Counted from the stretch's first letter, positions 1 through 14,098 are shown. The stretch: 64,000 nucleotides of DNA from Squalus acanthias (GCA_030390025.1 CM059432.1:77812001-77876000); one strand, 5' to 3'. The notes: a model not told the origin generated them from the letters alone. Numbers and translations are program-made.

Positions 1-100
1 TACTTACAAATAGTAACATGACTCAATAATTGGCAAATACTATTTCAATATATTACTTTCATATAGTGAGACTTCATAAAAATGGCTTTAAAAGAAAAAA

Positions 101-204
101 AACTTGCATTTATATAGCGCCTTTCATGACCACCAGATGTCCCAAAGCACTTTACAATCAATGAAGTACTTTTTGAAGTGTCGTCACTGTTGTAATGTAG
201 AAAA
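101..204 (-). mobile_element. SINE 3' tail (Deu-type shark SINE with L2-like tail)
   Basis: Reverse complement of the ...gaaaggcgctatataaatgcaagt tail also seen at 1837-2040 and 47829-47940. Confidence 0.7.
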
Positions 205-426
205 TTGAGTTTGTATCTTTAAATTTTGACTAATATAGATGGGGAAGAAAAAATAGTAAGCAAATGGAAAGGAAAGCAAAAGGGACATGGAGTGCAGAAG
301 AAAAAAACACAAAAGTTTGAAGGAGGGTTTTTGTGTGGTTATCTTTTGCTGCTTTTATGTTATACGGCTCATGTGGGGGAAAGGAAGTTATTGGAGCCTT
401 TTGGACAGCTTCTTCAAACTGCAATG

Positions 427-690
427 TAGAACCATAGAAGTATACAATGCAGAGGTCACTTGTCCGATCGTGTCTGTGGTAACTCTTTGCTAGAGCAATC
501 CAAACCTAATCCCACTACCCCGCATTCTCCCCATAGCCCTGTATTTTCCTCTGCTTCCAATGTTTATTCATTTCTCCATTAAAAGATACAATGGTCTCTC
601 CCTCAACTACTGTGGTAAAGCTCTAACGACACTGCATAGAGAAATTTCTTCCAACCAGCTCAGTATTGGTGGCAATTTTAAATTGACCTG
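427..690 (-). mobile_element. Old CR1 LINE 3' end
   Basis: catagaa tail and ccccatagccctgt motif shared with other CR1 3' ends in the window. Confidence 0.65.
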
Positions 691-709
691 TTATCTGTGT
701 CTCTTTATT

Positions 710-1150
710 AATGGTCTTTGAAGCAGGTGAAGACAGTTGAGCCTAAGACGCTGCTCTGAGGACTCCTACAGTGATATCCTGGGGCTGAGATTACCATACC
801 ACAACCATCTTCCTTTGTGCTAGGTATGACTCCAGCTATTGTAGAGATTTCCACCTGATCCCCATAGATTTCAGTTTTTTACGAAGACTCCTTGGTGCCA
901 CGCTTGGTCAACATACTGCCTTGAAGTCAAAGACGGTCACTCTCACTTCATCTCTGCAATTGAGCTCTTGGGTCCACATTTGGACCAAGTCTGTAATGAA
1001 GCCTGGAGCCAAGTGGCTTAGGTGGAACCCAAAATGAGCACTGGTGTTTAACATGCATGTAGCCCTATGTTGCATGTTCTCCAGGTTGGCATCTCATTTT
1101 CAGTTAGCCCAGGGCATGCTCTTCTACACTCTTCATTGAACCAGGGTTGG
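710..1150 (-). mobile_element. Decayed fragment of second CR1-group LINE (RT region)
   Basis: Similar to 6740-7050 and 43770-44100 (ctaggtatgactccagc, gccttgatgtcaagggcagtcactctcac). Confidence 0.7.
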
Positions 1151-1604
1151 TCACCTAACACATACATCAATCAGTTGCAGAAAACTCCAAATTTTGAGCC
1201 AAGAAACATCTGCCCAATGGCTGCCCGAATAAGCAGCCAATCATCCTGATTAATAAAGCAATCACTCTTAAAACACACAAGTTAACTGCATGACACAGCC
1301 CAGCCAAAGAAGTTATTTCCATATCTGCACCAGTCTCTAGCCAAATAAAGCTGTACCCCTATTTACGAGTTTGTTAGAACCTCTGAATACAGCAGCATAT
1401 CTCACCAACTAACAATCTGCTTTATTGCAAAAGGTCTCTCTGGACACAGTAGAATAGGAGTGATGCCAAATTCTATTTACCCGTGCTTCTGTATACAAAT
1501 GTTTCCCCAGTTGGAGGAGGAAATAAGGTGGATGGCTGCTGCATGTCAATGATTGCCTCTAGGAATGGAGGTGGCTCAGTAGCTAGCAGTGCTGGGTCTG
1601 TAGA

Positions 1605-1833
1605 TGGCCAGGGAGTGGCTAGAATGTGGAACTTACTATCACAGGAAGTGGTGGAGGCAAATAGCTTAGATGCTTTCAAAAGGAAACTAGATGCGTACAT
1701 GATAGAAAAGGGAAGATATACTGAAATGAGGTAAATGGAATGGGAGGAGACTCGTGTGGAGTAGAAACACCAGCACAGACTAGTTAGGCTGAATGGCCTG
1801 TTTCTGTGCTGTATATTCTATGTAATTCTATGT
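1605..1833 (+). mobile_element. CR1 LINE 3' end
   Basis: RMWNLLSQEVVEANSLDAFKRKLD ORF2 C-terminus, ggctgaatggcct stem, attctatgt repeats. Confidence 0.85.
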
Positions 1834-1836
1834 GAC

Positions 1837-2040
1837 CTGGCCAATATTTATCCCTCAATCAACATCACTAATAAAATACAGATAATCTGGTCATCATCAC
1901 GTTACTGTTTGTGGGAACTTGCTGTGAGCAAATTGGCTGCTGCTTTTCCTACATTACAACAGTGACTACACTTCATTGGCTGTAAAATGCTTTGGGACGT
2001 CTTGAGGTCGTGAAAGGCGCTATATAAATGCAAGTCTTTT
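1837..2040 (+). mobile_element. Deu-type SINE 3' half (SacSINE1-like)
   Basis: cctggccaatatttatccctcaa (Deu-domain end, recalled from consensus) plus tail shared with 101-204 and 47829-47940. Confidence 0.65.
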
Positions 2041-2399
2041 CCTTTTTTAATGTAATACGTAACTGGGTGTTGCTAATGTGGCAGTGGCATTGACCTTAGA
2101 CATATCTCTCTTATCAATGCCAATTGCAGTAATTTCTGTTTCAGATTACTCCCTCAGCATATCCAGTGATCTTGTGTGTATTGTTTTAGTTTTCTGTCCC
2201 ATCTCTGGTCTTCCATTCCACTGTGCACGATGGATTAGATGAGCCTCACCAATTGATCAAGTCTTTATTTTTACAATCATCATTCTTTCCTGCAAGCAAG
2301 TGATTGTAAATATAACTTGGGCAACGGTGACATTAATAGACAATAGTCATTAAATAGTAATTGCTTGTTACAAAATAATGTGGGTGAATACTTAATTTT

Positions 2400-4276
2400 T
2401 TTCACAAGAACAATTTATTTTTTTAAGCTAAATGTAGACTTTCTACAGATCTTTGCAGTTCAGTGACTTTTCAGACTTCCAAAATCAGTTACTGGTGCTA
2501 TTATAAAAGCCATGTATGAATATTTCTGCCACATTTTACTGGATGCATGACTAAACCAAAATCTTGGTCCTATGTAATACACATGAAATGCAAACTGTAC
2601 CATCAATAAAGTGCTGAATTTCAAAGTGTTAAAATTTCACAGATCAAACAGACATGTAGTTCAAAAGGTATGTCAATTTTTTTATTCATCAAAATTTTGA
2701 ACGGCAACAGGCACATATCAAAATATGAATATGGCAACTCTGCCAACAACCTTGTAATGTTCCTAAGCTTAACATTGAAGCCTTCATCTCTCAAAGATGG
2801 CTGTTGCAACAAATTGTAAACAGAATTCTCAAACAGTCCTGAAATACAAGTTAACTAAAAAAGAGAAAAGCACCAATTTGTTTCACTGGAAAACGCCAAA
2901 CTTAAGATACAGTTGTGCTTACTGTACAATCAAGAACTATTTAAAACATTGTAAAATACAAAATGGAATGTTTTAAGTTTAAAATAACATTTGTAATCTT
3001 ATCCTACAAAGGGTTCATCTATTCACATCAAACAAGGCCCAAAGGGGAGTAACAATTCACTCGCAAAAGGTCGAGGAACAATGCACTTTTTCAAAATAAA
3101 AACAGATTTGGTCACTTAGCTTTGTGCATAGTTTTAAGGCATCTGTAGCAATTTTACAGTTTTTCTTCAATCTGGCTGTTTAATTTGTGTATGTTTATCA
3201 CATTTTGAAGAAAACAGAATGGTGAAAGTGGCACTATGTTCTGATTTACTTGGCTACCACTATCACTTGCTCCAGAAATACAGGCAAATATCCTGAGCTG
3301 ATCTTTAGAATGAACTACTGCCACTATCACTAAGTGCAGTTCATGTATGAAAACCACATGTCTTCACCCACTAATCTGTTTTTATAAGTTGTTTCTTCAA
3401 CTCTTCCCCCAAAAAGGCAAAGGCCAGCAGCACTCCGTTCCCATATTTGCTGAAGTAAAGCTTGGTTGTGGTCGGAGATGAAGGCTGGATTCACAGTGCA
3501 CTAAAGGAACACCATGGCAGAAGAGAGGCTTCCATGGGAACTTAAATGGCATCACAAAGATTAAAAACGAGCTGCAGCATTTATTTTTTGTTTTATCTTC
3601 TTACCAAATAGCATTTCCCAAATTAGTGGTTCCTTTTCCACTATGCTTCAAGGCAAGAACCAGAACCAAAGTATCAAAAATACAGCATTGTAAACAAATC
3701 TCTGAGGCAGAAAAGGACTGGCTTCTTTGCATGCATTCAGTCACTCCAAAATGGCGGGAAGAGAATAAAAACTCTTCTTGTACCAACATCAGAAGATTTT
3801 CACTAAGTTCATATTTTAGCCTTCTAAAAAAAAAACCACAGAAAACCCCAAGTGCAGAAATTGTAAGTATCAGTCTGTATTACAGTATTCAAACTAACCG
3901 TTAATAAATGGCACTTTCTGGGACACTGCCACCCTCTTTTTTCCCCATTCCCTTCAGTTTGGCCATCACTGCAGTTTATGTGCTCAACGTCTCACAAAAG
4001 CCAACTGAGGTATTTGTGTATTGCTTTATGTTCAGGCCTTGCAAGGGGCAAAGAAGCAATATGGTGCTTTGAAAAAAGCATGGAATTACATTAATGTTGG
4101 CATGGGTACACATGCAACCATGGCAGTTGGAGCCTACAAATATATCTCAACCCCTCACCTAAATGAATCATCCCATTTGCCTTCAGACCAATAGGCTGAA
4201 AATTAATTGTCCAGCTCCAGTAGAATGAATGGAGTGAGTGGGATGAAATAATTCTTGGCTTTCCTGAGGTAATAAG
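2400..4276 (-). other. PDE7A: Probable PDE7A 3' UTR
   Basis: AT-rich ~1.9 kb with no recognisable repeats after the stop; minus-strand AATAAA candidates at 3580-3585, 2681-2686, 2414-2419 (also 2264-2269); the true end cannot be determined. Confidence 0.5.
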
Positions 4277-4455
4277 TCAGTCCATTTCCTCACAAACAGA
4301 ATCAGTAGAATCTTCACTCTGGGTCTGTTCCTGTAGTAATCCCATCCAGCTAGCGTTATTCAAATTAAGGTGTCCAAGCATAGTTTGAGACAGTCGGGTG
4401 TTGAAGAATCGAGACCACTCCACAAACAGAGGTTTCACTACGTAAGTTATGAAAC
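4277..4455 (-). CDS. PDE7A: PDE7A terminal coding exon (179 bp to TGA)
   Basis: (G)[69 protein letters not shown] matches PDE7A rather than PDE7B; catcAG acceptor. Confidence 0.95.
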
Positions 4456-4799
4456 CTGATGCACAAAACAAAATCTTAATTAACTACGTTAACATGTTAA
4501 GTTTTATATAAATAATGATAAACCGTGTTAACTACAAGAGTAAATTTATCTTGTAACTAAAGGCTGCAAAATAACCATATGTTGTTTTCAACAAAGAGCA
4601 CAAAAACCAAGTCATAGACAGGGAATGTACCATTTAACCTCAACACTTTTTTCTAGTTACAGGGAAGAATTACAAGTCACTCAATATATCACAAATTTTC
4701 AAATAGGTAAATAAAACACTAATTACTACATATAAATACTTTTAAACATAACGGTTCTTTAACACCTTGAAATCAAAGAAAGTTTCTTCTATCGTAATT

Positions 4800-5570
4800 A
4801 ATGAGTAGTCTTAAACGGAGTGCACTTAAACGGAGTGTTAAAGCTGGGAATCTGGAGAGAGAGTGGAAGTCTGGTAAGTACTGGGTGAATCCTAGCTATA
4901 AAAATTGAAATTTAGTTTTAACATTTTGAATTTAACATAGAACCTTAAAAACTGTAGTTAACAGAAACTGCCCGTCAGTGGCAGTTAACTGTCAGTCAGC
5001 TGTAAGTGTTTGTCTTGAATAGATGCTAATTACTGTGAGCAGGGAACCAATGACGTAGGTAGAACTAGGAATGAGGTTCTGCTGAGAGAGTGAGGAGCTA
5101 GGGCCCAAATTAAAACGCAGAACCTCAAAGGTAATAATCTCTGGATTGTTACCCGAGCCACGCACAAATTGGCATTGGGACAAGCAGATCAAAGAGTTAA
5201 ATGCGAGGCTCAAAGAGTGGTGTGGGAGGAAGGGGTTTCACTTCATGGGGCACTGGCACCAGTACTGGGGAAAGAGGGAGCTGTTCCGTTGGGACCAGAG
5301 TCCTGGCGAGTAGAATAATTAGGGCTGTAGATATAGCTTTAAACTAAAAAGGGGGAGGGATCTGGTGAGGGGTAATATAGAAATCTGAAGAGAAAAGTCA
5401 AGGCAATGGAGCAGTTTAGCGATCTGGGTAAAGATAAGCAGAGTGTGACAGGAAGGGATAGAGTGCTTAACGGTTATAGCCAATCAGCGAATAAGGTGAA
5501 AGCGGAAATAATGGTAAAAAGTTAAAATTAAAGGCTCTTTATCTGAATGCACGAAGCATTCGTAACAAGG
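4800..5570 (+). mobile_element. CR1 5' fragment (ORF1 SGNH esterase end, ORF2 start)
   Basis: Encodes RTSKVIISGLLPEPRTNWHWDKQIKELNA; close inverted homologue at 27270-27790. Confidence 0.8.
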
Positions 5571-8500
5571 GATCTACAAGAAATGAAACCAGCCTAAATA
5601 TAAACAAAACAGGAAAGGAAAGCATAGGAAAGACTAAACTAAGGGAGGACATAGATGGCAAGAGAATAAATAGAGTTATAGAACAGGAGTGCAAAAAGGT
5701 GGTTAAAAATAAAGAGAGAGGAATTGCTATTAATAATGGGGTAAACTGTCTGTACAGCAATGCACAGTATCTGTAATAAAACAGGGGAACTGGAGGCAAA
5801 AATACCAGATTTATTTTTTTTAATTCGTTCATGGGATGTGCATGTCACTGGCAAGGCCAGCATTTATTGCCCATCCCTAATTCCCCTTGAGAAGGTGGTG
5901 GCGAGCCGCTGTAGTCCGTGTGGTGAAGGTACTCCCCCAGTGCTGTTAGGGAGGGAGTTCCAGGATTTTGACCCAGTGACGATGAAGGAACGGCGATATA
6001 TTTCCAAGTCAGGATGGTGTGTAACTTGGAAGGGAACTTGCAGGTGATGGTGTTCCCATGCGCCTGCTGCCCTTGTCCTTCCAGGTGGTAGAAGTCGCGG
6101 GTTTGGGAGGTGCTGCCGAAGAAGCCTTGGTGAGTTGTTACAGTGCAACTTGTAGATAGTACACACTGCGGCCAAGGTGCGCCGGTAGTGGAGGGAGTGA
6201 ATGTTTAAGGTGGTGGATGAGGTGCCAAACAAGCGGGCTACTTTGTTCTGGATGATGTCGAGCTTCTTGAGTGTTGTTGGAGCTGCACTCATCCAGGCAA
6301 CTGGAGAGAATTCCATCACACTCCTTACTTGTGCCTTGTAGATGGTGGAAAGGCTTTGGGGAGTCAGGAGGTGAGACACCAGCCTCTGACCTCTAGTATC
6401 CACAGTATTTATGTGGCTGGTCCAGTTAAGTTTCTGGTCAATATTTACCCCCAGGATGTTGATGGTGTGGGATTTGGAGATGGTAATGCCATTGAATGTC
6501 AAGGGGCGGTGGTTAGACTCTCATTTGTTGGAGATAGTCATTGCCTGGCACGTGTGTGGCGCGAATGCTACTTGCCACTTATCTGCCCAAGCCTGAATGT
6601 CGTCCAGGTCTTGCTGCATGCGGGCATGGACTGCTTCATTATCTGAGGAGTTGCAAATGGAACTGAACACTGTGCAATCATCAACGAACATCCCCACTTC
6701 TGACCTTATGATGGTGGGAAGGTCATTGATAAAGCAGCTAAAGATGGTTGGGCCTAGGACACTGCCCTGACGAACTCCTGCAGCGATGTCTTGGGGCTGA
6801 GATGATTGACCTCCAACAACCACAACCATCTACTTTTGTGCTAGGTATGACTAGAGTACTATTTTCTCCCTGATTCCCATTGACTTCAGTTTTACTAGGG
6901 CTCCTTGATGCCACACTCAGTCAAATGCTGCCTTGATGTCAAGGGCAGTCACTCTCACCTCACCTCTAGAATTCAGCTCTTTTGTCCATGTTTGGACCAA
7001 GGCTGTAATGAGGTCTGGAGCCGAGGGGTCCTGGCAGAACCCAAACTGAGCATCGGTGGTAGCATATATAGTATATTATATAGTAGGGATTACTACATGG
7101 CTACAGAAAAATCAGGACTGGGAATTAAACATTGCAAGGTACAACATATTTAGAAAGATAGAGGGGGAAAAATGGGCGGTGGAGTAACTACTTATTAGAG
7201 AAAACAAAATGGCAGTAGAAAAAAAGTGACGCAGCTATTAGTAAGACAGAAATAGAATCCATGTGGATAGAGATAAAAGATAATAAACGATCAATCACAC
7301 TAATAGGGGGTAGTGTACAGACCACCCAATAGTGGAAGGGAGGTGGAGGAAGAAGTATATAAACAAATTAGGGAAATGAGTAAAAAACATAGAATAATAA
7401 TCATGGGGGATTTCAACTACCCCAAAATTAATGGCCAGAAGAGGTGGGTAAAGGGGCTAAGAGAATGGAGTTCCTACAATGTGTACAGGACTCCTCTAAC
7501 CCAATATGTAAGAAGCCCGACAAGGGAGGATTCGCTACTGGATCTAATATTGGGGAATGAACCAGAGCAGATAAGAGAAGTAAAAGTAGGGGAACATCTA
7601 GACAATAAGCCATAATTTAACACACTTTAAGATAATAATTGGGAAGGACTCAAGTATGACAAAGACCAGGGTAATAGATTGGAGAATAGCCGATTTTGAG
7701 GGGCTGAGAATAGAAATTGGGAAAATAAAATGGACAACAATATTGGCAAACAATGATGTGGAACATCATTCAACAGAGCCCAGGGAAAATATATTCCGCT
7801 AAAAAACAACAAGCTAAAACTAATCAGACACCACAGATGAATAAAGACATTTTAAAAGAATCTAGGGAAGAGATTTGAGGCACTATTACACATATTTAAT
7901 AATTCGTTAGGAAAAGGTGTAGTGCCAGAGGACTAGCGGATAGCTAATGTAATACCGATATTTAAGAAGGGAGATCGAACTTGTCCAGATAACTATAGAC
8001 CAGTCAGCTTAATATCGCTGGTGGGAAAATAATGGAATCCCTACTAAAGAAAAAAAATAGAACATCTAGAAAGCAAAAATATAAATGAATAGTCAGCATG
8101 GATTTCAAAAGGGAAAGTCTTGCTTCACTAACCTCATTGAATTTTTTGAAGAGGTAACAGAGAGAGTAGACAAGGGTAAGATGTAATTTATCTAGGTTTC
8201 CAAAAGGCCTTTGATAAGGTACCGCATAATAGACTAATGAATAAGGTCAGAGAATGCGGACTCGGGACAAGTAACAGAATGGATAGCTAGCTGGTTTCAA
8301 GACAGAAAGCAGAGAGTAGGGGTAAAGGGTAGCTATTCACAGTGGCAGAAGGTGTAAAGTGGGATTCCACAAGGATCAGTGCTAGGACCACTGTTGTTCA
8401 CAATTTATATTAACGATTTAGACTTTGGAATCAAAAACACAATTTCTAAATTTGCGGATGACACCAAATTGGGGAGGACAGTCAATACTGAGGAGGACTG

Positions 8501-9338
8501 CAACAAATTATAAGACATTAATAAACTTGCAGAATGAGCATATAATTGGCAAATGAATTTCAACACAGATAAATGTGAGGCTTATTACTTGGAAAATAAG
8601 AATCTAAATGGAGTAGAAGAGCAAAGGGATCTCAGAGTACAAATACACAAAGCACTGAAAGTAGCGATGCAGGTTAATAAGGCCGTAAAAAAAGCAAACC
8701 AAGCACTAGGTATTATTTCTAGAGGGATAGAATTGAAAAGTAGAGAAGTTATGCTAAACTTGTATCGAACCTTGGTTAGACCACACTTGGAGTACTGTGT
8801 ACAATTCTGGTTGCCATATTATAAAAAGGATATAGAGGCACTGGAGAGGGTGCAAAAAAGATTTACAAGGATGATACCAGAAATGCGAGGGTATACCTAT
8901 CAGGAAAGGATGGACAGGCTGGGTCTCTTTTCATTTGAAAAAAGGCTGAGGGGTGACCTAATTGAGGTCTTTAAAATTATGAAAGGTTTTGATAGAGTAG
9001 ATGCAAAGAGTGTTTCCACTTGTGGGGAAGAACATAACTAGAGGCCATCAATATAAGATAGTCACCAAGAAATCAAATAGGGAATTCAGAAGAAACTTCT
9101 TTACCCAGGGAGTGGTGAGAATGTGGAACTCGCTACCATAGGGAGTGGTTGAAGCGAATAGTATAGATGCATTTAAGGGGAGGCTAGATAATCATATGAG
9201 GGAGAAGGGAATAGAGGGTTATGCTGATAGCGTTAGATGAGGAAATACGGGAGGAGGCTCAAGTGGAGCATAAATGCCGGCATAGACTGGTTGGGCCGAA
9301 TGGCTGTATATGAATGGCTGTGCTGTATATCCTATGTA
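5570..9338 (+). mobile_element. Decayed CR1 ORF2 (APE + RT), interrupted by a LINE at 5810-7055
   Basis: YRPPNS..IIIMGDFNYP (APE), KFADDTKL (RT), RTLVRPHLEYCVQFW; many stops and frameshifts. Confidence 0.9.
5810..7055 (-). mobile_element. Second CR1-group LINE, 5'-truncated
   Basis: ORFs 6521-6829 and 5864-6502 (GVRQGSVLGP, MFVDDC); A-rich 3' end; same family as 42820-44494. Confidence 0.9.
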
Positions 9339-9508
9339 ATAATTATCACGTACATTATTAGAATGTTTGCTATGGAGACAATATATATGCATTTGAAACT
9401 TATATATGCGATTTGCCCCATAACAACCCAGTAACGAAGTTCCATGATCACTGGATCATGAATTCAACAGCACTCCATCCTGTCCTGAGAATGACAAAAA
9501 TAAGAGAA

Positions 9509-9615
9509 GGGACACGGTAGCGGTTATGTTACTGGACTAGTAATCCAGAGGCTTGAACTAATAATCTGGAGACGTGAGTTCAAATCCCACCACAGCAGCT
9601 GTGGAATTTAAATTT
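9509..9615 (+). mobile_element. tRNA-derived SINE head
   Basis: Box A-like tagcggttatg and box B gagttcaaatcc at tRNA-like spacing; no complete cloverleaf. Confidence 0.6.
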
Positions 9616-12600
9616 GGCGGCAGAGTACTTTAAACAGCGCGGACCTAACTGGAGACACTAGCGACGGGACCTTCCACGATTTTCAAAAAATAAGTTGTGA
9701 CGTCACAGCGCAGCAGTACAGTCTGAGTGAGCAGACCTGTGGGAGGAACGGAGTCAGAGACCAGGGATAAAGGCAGCGCGGAGTAGAGGCCTGGGAGTCT
9801 AAGTGAGAGGACCTGCGGGAGGGACGAGTCGCAGACCGGGGATAAAGGCAGCGGGGAGCAGAGGCCTGGGAGTCTGAGTGAGCGGACTACCTGCGAGGGA
9901 GACAGTCGGCAAGCGACACAACGAAGAAGTGACGTCAGAATTCAAAGCTGTCGCTGGCACAAGGGAGCTGAGTATAGGGTGAGTATTTGTGGTAAGTTAT
10001 TTTTTTGTTCTGTTTTCAGTATATTTCTGCTAAGTAGATCATAGCCTATCTAATAGAGGGAAGTGCTGATTGGTGGGTAGCTGTTGAGTGTTTCTTGTTA
10101 AGTTTATTTCTGCTGAATTACCTCCATAGTCTGGTAAATAGAGGCATGGCAGGGCAGCTCAGTCACGTGATTTGCACATCCTGTGCCATGTGGGAAATCC
10201 TGGATGCTTCTTGTGGCCTGGACGACCATGTGTGCAGGAAGTGTCGCCAACTGCAGCAACGCGAGCTCCAGGTTTTGGACCTTGAGCAGCAGCTGGAGTC
10301 ACTAAAGTACATCCGCGAGGCTGAGAAATACTTAAAGCACGTTTCTAGAAGTGGTCACCCTGCAGCCTCAGAATGTGCAGGCAGAGGGAATGGGTGACTG
10401 CCAGACAGAGAAGGAGGACCAGGCAGGTAGGGCAGGAATTCCCAGAGTGCATCTCGCTCGCTAACCAGTTCACAGTTCTGGAAACTGGTGGGGGTGATGG
10501 TTCTTCTGGGAGAGCAGCCAGAGCCAAGGCCACGGCACCACAGGTGGCTCAGCTGCACAGGGGGGAGGAAGAAGAGTGGAAGAGCAATAGTGATAGGGGA
10601 TTCATTGGTTAGGGGAACAGATAGGTGTTTCTGTGGACGCAGACGTGACTCGAGGATGGTATGTTGCCTCCCTGGTGCCAGGGTCAAGGATGTCACTGAG
10701 CGGCTGCAGGACACTCTGAGGGGGAAGGGTGAACAGCCAGAGGTCATTGTCCATATCGGTACCAATGACAGAGGCAGAAAGAGGGATGAGGTCCTGCAGG
10801 CAGACTATAGGGAGCTAGGAAAGAGATTAAAAAGCAGGACCTCAAAGGTAGTAATCTCCGAATTACTCCCGGTGCCACGTGCTAGTGAGTACAGGAATAG
10901 GAGGATAGAACAGATGAATGCATGGCTGGAGAGATGGTGCAGGAGGGAGGGCTTTAGATTCCTGAGGCATTGGGACCATTTCTGAGGAAGGTGGGACCTG
11001 TACAAGCTGGACGGGTTACACCTCAACAGAGCTGGGACCAATATTCTCACAGGGAGGTTTGCTAGTGCTGTTGGGGAGGGTTTAAACTAGCTTGGCAGGG
11101 GGATGGGCACCAGCATACAGGAGTAGAAAAGAGGAATAAGGTGCATAAAAGAGTGAGTGTGTTGGATAGTACTAGAGAAGAAAGTAGTACTAGAGGCGGA
11201 AGTAGTACCATATTAGATAGGAGCACACTAAGACTACGAAAAATTCAAAAATGCGTTTAGAATGCATGTACGTAAACGCACAAAGTGTGGTGAATAAGGT
11301 AGGTGAACTAAAAGCATAATAGCCGTGTGGCAATATGATGTTGTGGCAATAACGGAAACGTGGCTTAAAAACGGTGAGGACTGGGCACTTAATATTCAAG
11401 GGTACAAGATGTTTAGAAAAGATAGGGAAGGAAAAAAGGGAGGTGGGGTGGCAGTGCTGATTAAGGAAGTCATTGTAGTGTTGGAAAGGGAGGATGTTCT
11501 TGAGGGGACAAGGACAGATTCCATTTGGTTAGAGTTGAGGAGCAAAAAGGGTATGATCACGCTATTGGGGGAATTCTATAGGCCTCCAATAAGTGAAAGG
11601 GAGGTAGAGGAGCAAATCTGCAGGGAAATCGCAGAGATATGCAAGAACTATAGAGTGGTGATATTGGGGGACTTTAATTCCCCAAATATCGATTGGGATA
11701 ATGCTAGGGTAAAAGGAAAGGAGGGGGAGGAATTTCTGAAATGTGTTTGGGAGAATTTGCTTGACCAATATGTTCTTGGCCCAACTAGGAAGGAGGCATT
11801 GCTGGATCTGCTGCTGGGGAATGAGGTGGACCAGGTCGACCAAGTGTCTGTGGGAGAACACTTGGGTACAAGTGATCATCGTATCATAAGATTTAGATTA
11901 GCAATGGAGAGGAGCAAGGAACAATCTAGAGTGGAACTTCTAAACTGGAATAGGGCTAACTTCAATGGGATGCGAAAGGATCTAGCCAGAGTAAAATGGA
12001 ACCAAAGACTGACAGGAAAAACTGTAACGGAACAATGGGTGATCTTTAAGGAGGAGATGTTTCAAGTACAGGCTAGGTACATTCCAACAAGAGGGAAGGG
12101 TAAGGGAACCAAAGCAAGTGCTCGTTGGATGACGAGGGAGATAGAGAAGATGATGAAACAAAAAGAGGGTGTATGATGAATGTCAGGTAAATTCTTCAAG
12201 GGAGAACCAGACCAAGTACAATAAGTTGAGAGGCAAAGTGAAGATGAAAATAAGATTGGCAAAGAGAGAATATGAGAGTAGAATGGCAGTTAACATAAAA
12301 GGGAACCCAAAAATCTTCTACTGACATGTAAACAGTAAGCGGGTAGTAAGAGGCGGGGTGGGGCCTATTAGGGACAAAGAAGGTGATATATGCTTAGAGG
12401 CGCAGGGCAAGGCTAGAATACTCAATGAGTACTTTGTATCGGTGTTTACTAAGGTGGTGGATGCTGACAAAATATCGGTAGAAGTGGAAAAGGTAGAAGC
12501 AATGGAAGGGGTGAAAATTGATAGACAGGATGTACTAGAAAGGCTGGGTATGCTTAGAGTGGACAAGTCACCTGGCCCAGATGGCTAGCATCCCAGATTG

Positions 12601-14098
12601 CTAAGGGAATTGGGGGAGGAGTTAGCGGAAGGGCTTGCCATAATTTTCCAATCTTCCCTAGATGCGGGGGAGGTGCCTGAGGATTGGAAAGTGGCAAATG
12701 TGACACCATTGTTCAAGAAAGGGTGTAAGGACAATCCTAGTAACTACAGGCTGGTCAGTTTAACATGGGTAAAGTTTTAGAAACGATAATCAAGGAAAAA
12801 ATTAACGGGCACTTGGAGAGGTTGAAGCTCATTAAGGAGTGCCAACATGGATTTGTAAAAGGCAGATCGTGTTTGACTAATCTAATTGAATCTTTTGATG
12901 AAGTAACAGGGAGGATCGATGAAGGGAATGCAATGGATGTTGTCTACATGGATTTTCGGAAGGCGTTTGACGAAGTACCACATAGAAGGCTGGTTAACAA
13001 AATTGAGGCTCATGGAATAGGTGGGTCAGTGGCAGCTTGGATAAGGAATTGGCTTAAGGACAGAAAACAGTGAGTTGTAGTTAATGGCTGTTTTTCAGAC
13101 TGGAGGATGGTAGACAGTGGTGTTCCCCAAGGGTCAGTGCTGGGGCCACTGCTTTTTTTGATATATATAAATGACCTGGATATTGGAATACAGTAGAATT
13201 TGCCAATGACACCAAACCTGGGGGTGTGGCAAACAGTGAGGATGATACCAATCGACTGCAACAGGACACAGAAAGGCTAGCAGAATGGGCAGATGGAATT
13301 TAATACAGAGAAGTGTGAGGTGATGCATTTTGGCAGAAGGAACAGGGAGAGGCAATATACACTTAATGGCACAGTTTTAAAGAGTGTGCAGGGACAGAGG
13401 GACCTGGGAGTTAATGTGCATAGGTCCCTGAAGGTGGCGGGACATATTGAGAGAGTGGTTAGCAAAGCATATGGGATCTTGGGCTTCATAAATAGAGGTA
13501 TTGAATACAAAAGTAGAGAAGTTATGCTGAACCTTTATAAAGCGCTGGTTAGGCCACAACTGGAGTATTGCGTCCAGTTCTGGTCACCACTCTTAAGGAA
13601 GGATGTGAAGGCACTTGAGAGCGTGCAGAGATTTACCAGAATGGTTCCGGGGATGGGGATCTCAGCTACAAGGACAGGTTGGAGAAGCTGCATTTGTTTT
13701 CATTAGAGCAAAGGAGGATGCGGGGTGATTTGATAGAGGTGTACAAGATTATGACAGGTTTGGATAGGCTAGACGGGGAAAGGCTGTTCCCACTAGTTGA
13801 TAGTACAAGGACTAGGGGACACTGATTTAAGGTTTTGGGCAAGAGATACAGGGAGGACGTGAGGAAAACCTTTTTTACGCAGCGAGGGGTGAGGACCTGG
13901 AACTCGCTGCCAACGGAAGTGGTGGAAGCGGAGACACTCAATGTTTTCAAGGGGAGACTGGATAGGCACTTGAGGGAAATAAACTTGCAGGGCTACGGGG
14001 ATAGAGCGGGGGAATGGGACTGACTGGATTGCAATACAGAGAGCCGGCACGGACCCGATGGGCCGAATGGCCTCCTTCTGTGCCGTTATGACTCTAAG
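9616..14098 (+). mobile_element. Near full-length CR1 LINE (5' UTR, ORF1 Zn-finger/coiled-coil/SGNH esterase, ORF2 APE-RT), inactivated
   Basis: CTSC..CRKC, IVIGDSLVRG..HIGTND, AITETWL..GDFNSP..SDH, RT motifs, 3' gggccgaatggcc stem; frameshifts and stops. Confidence 0.95.
9721..9900 (+). repeat. ~76-bp tandem repeat (~2.4 copies) in the CR1 5' UTR
   Basis: gtctRagtgag...gggataaaggcagcg...gaggcctggga repeated. Confidence 0.85.

Noticed and set aside
1..2400. Exons of a convergent neighbouring gene (MTFR1 lies next to PDE7A in human)
   Set aside because: No recognisable coding match; the region is mostly repeat fragments.
9509..9600. Functional tRNA gene
   Set aside because: No complete cloverleaf or terminator; it continues into SINE-type sequence.
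9721..9900. CRISPR-like array
   Set aside because: Plain tandem repeat without unique spacers, inside a LINE 5' UTR of a eukaryote.
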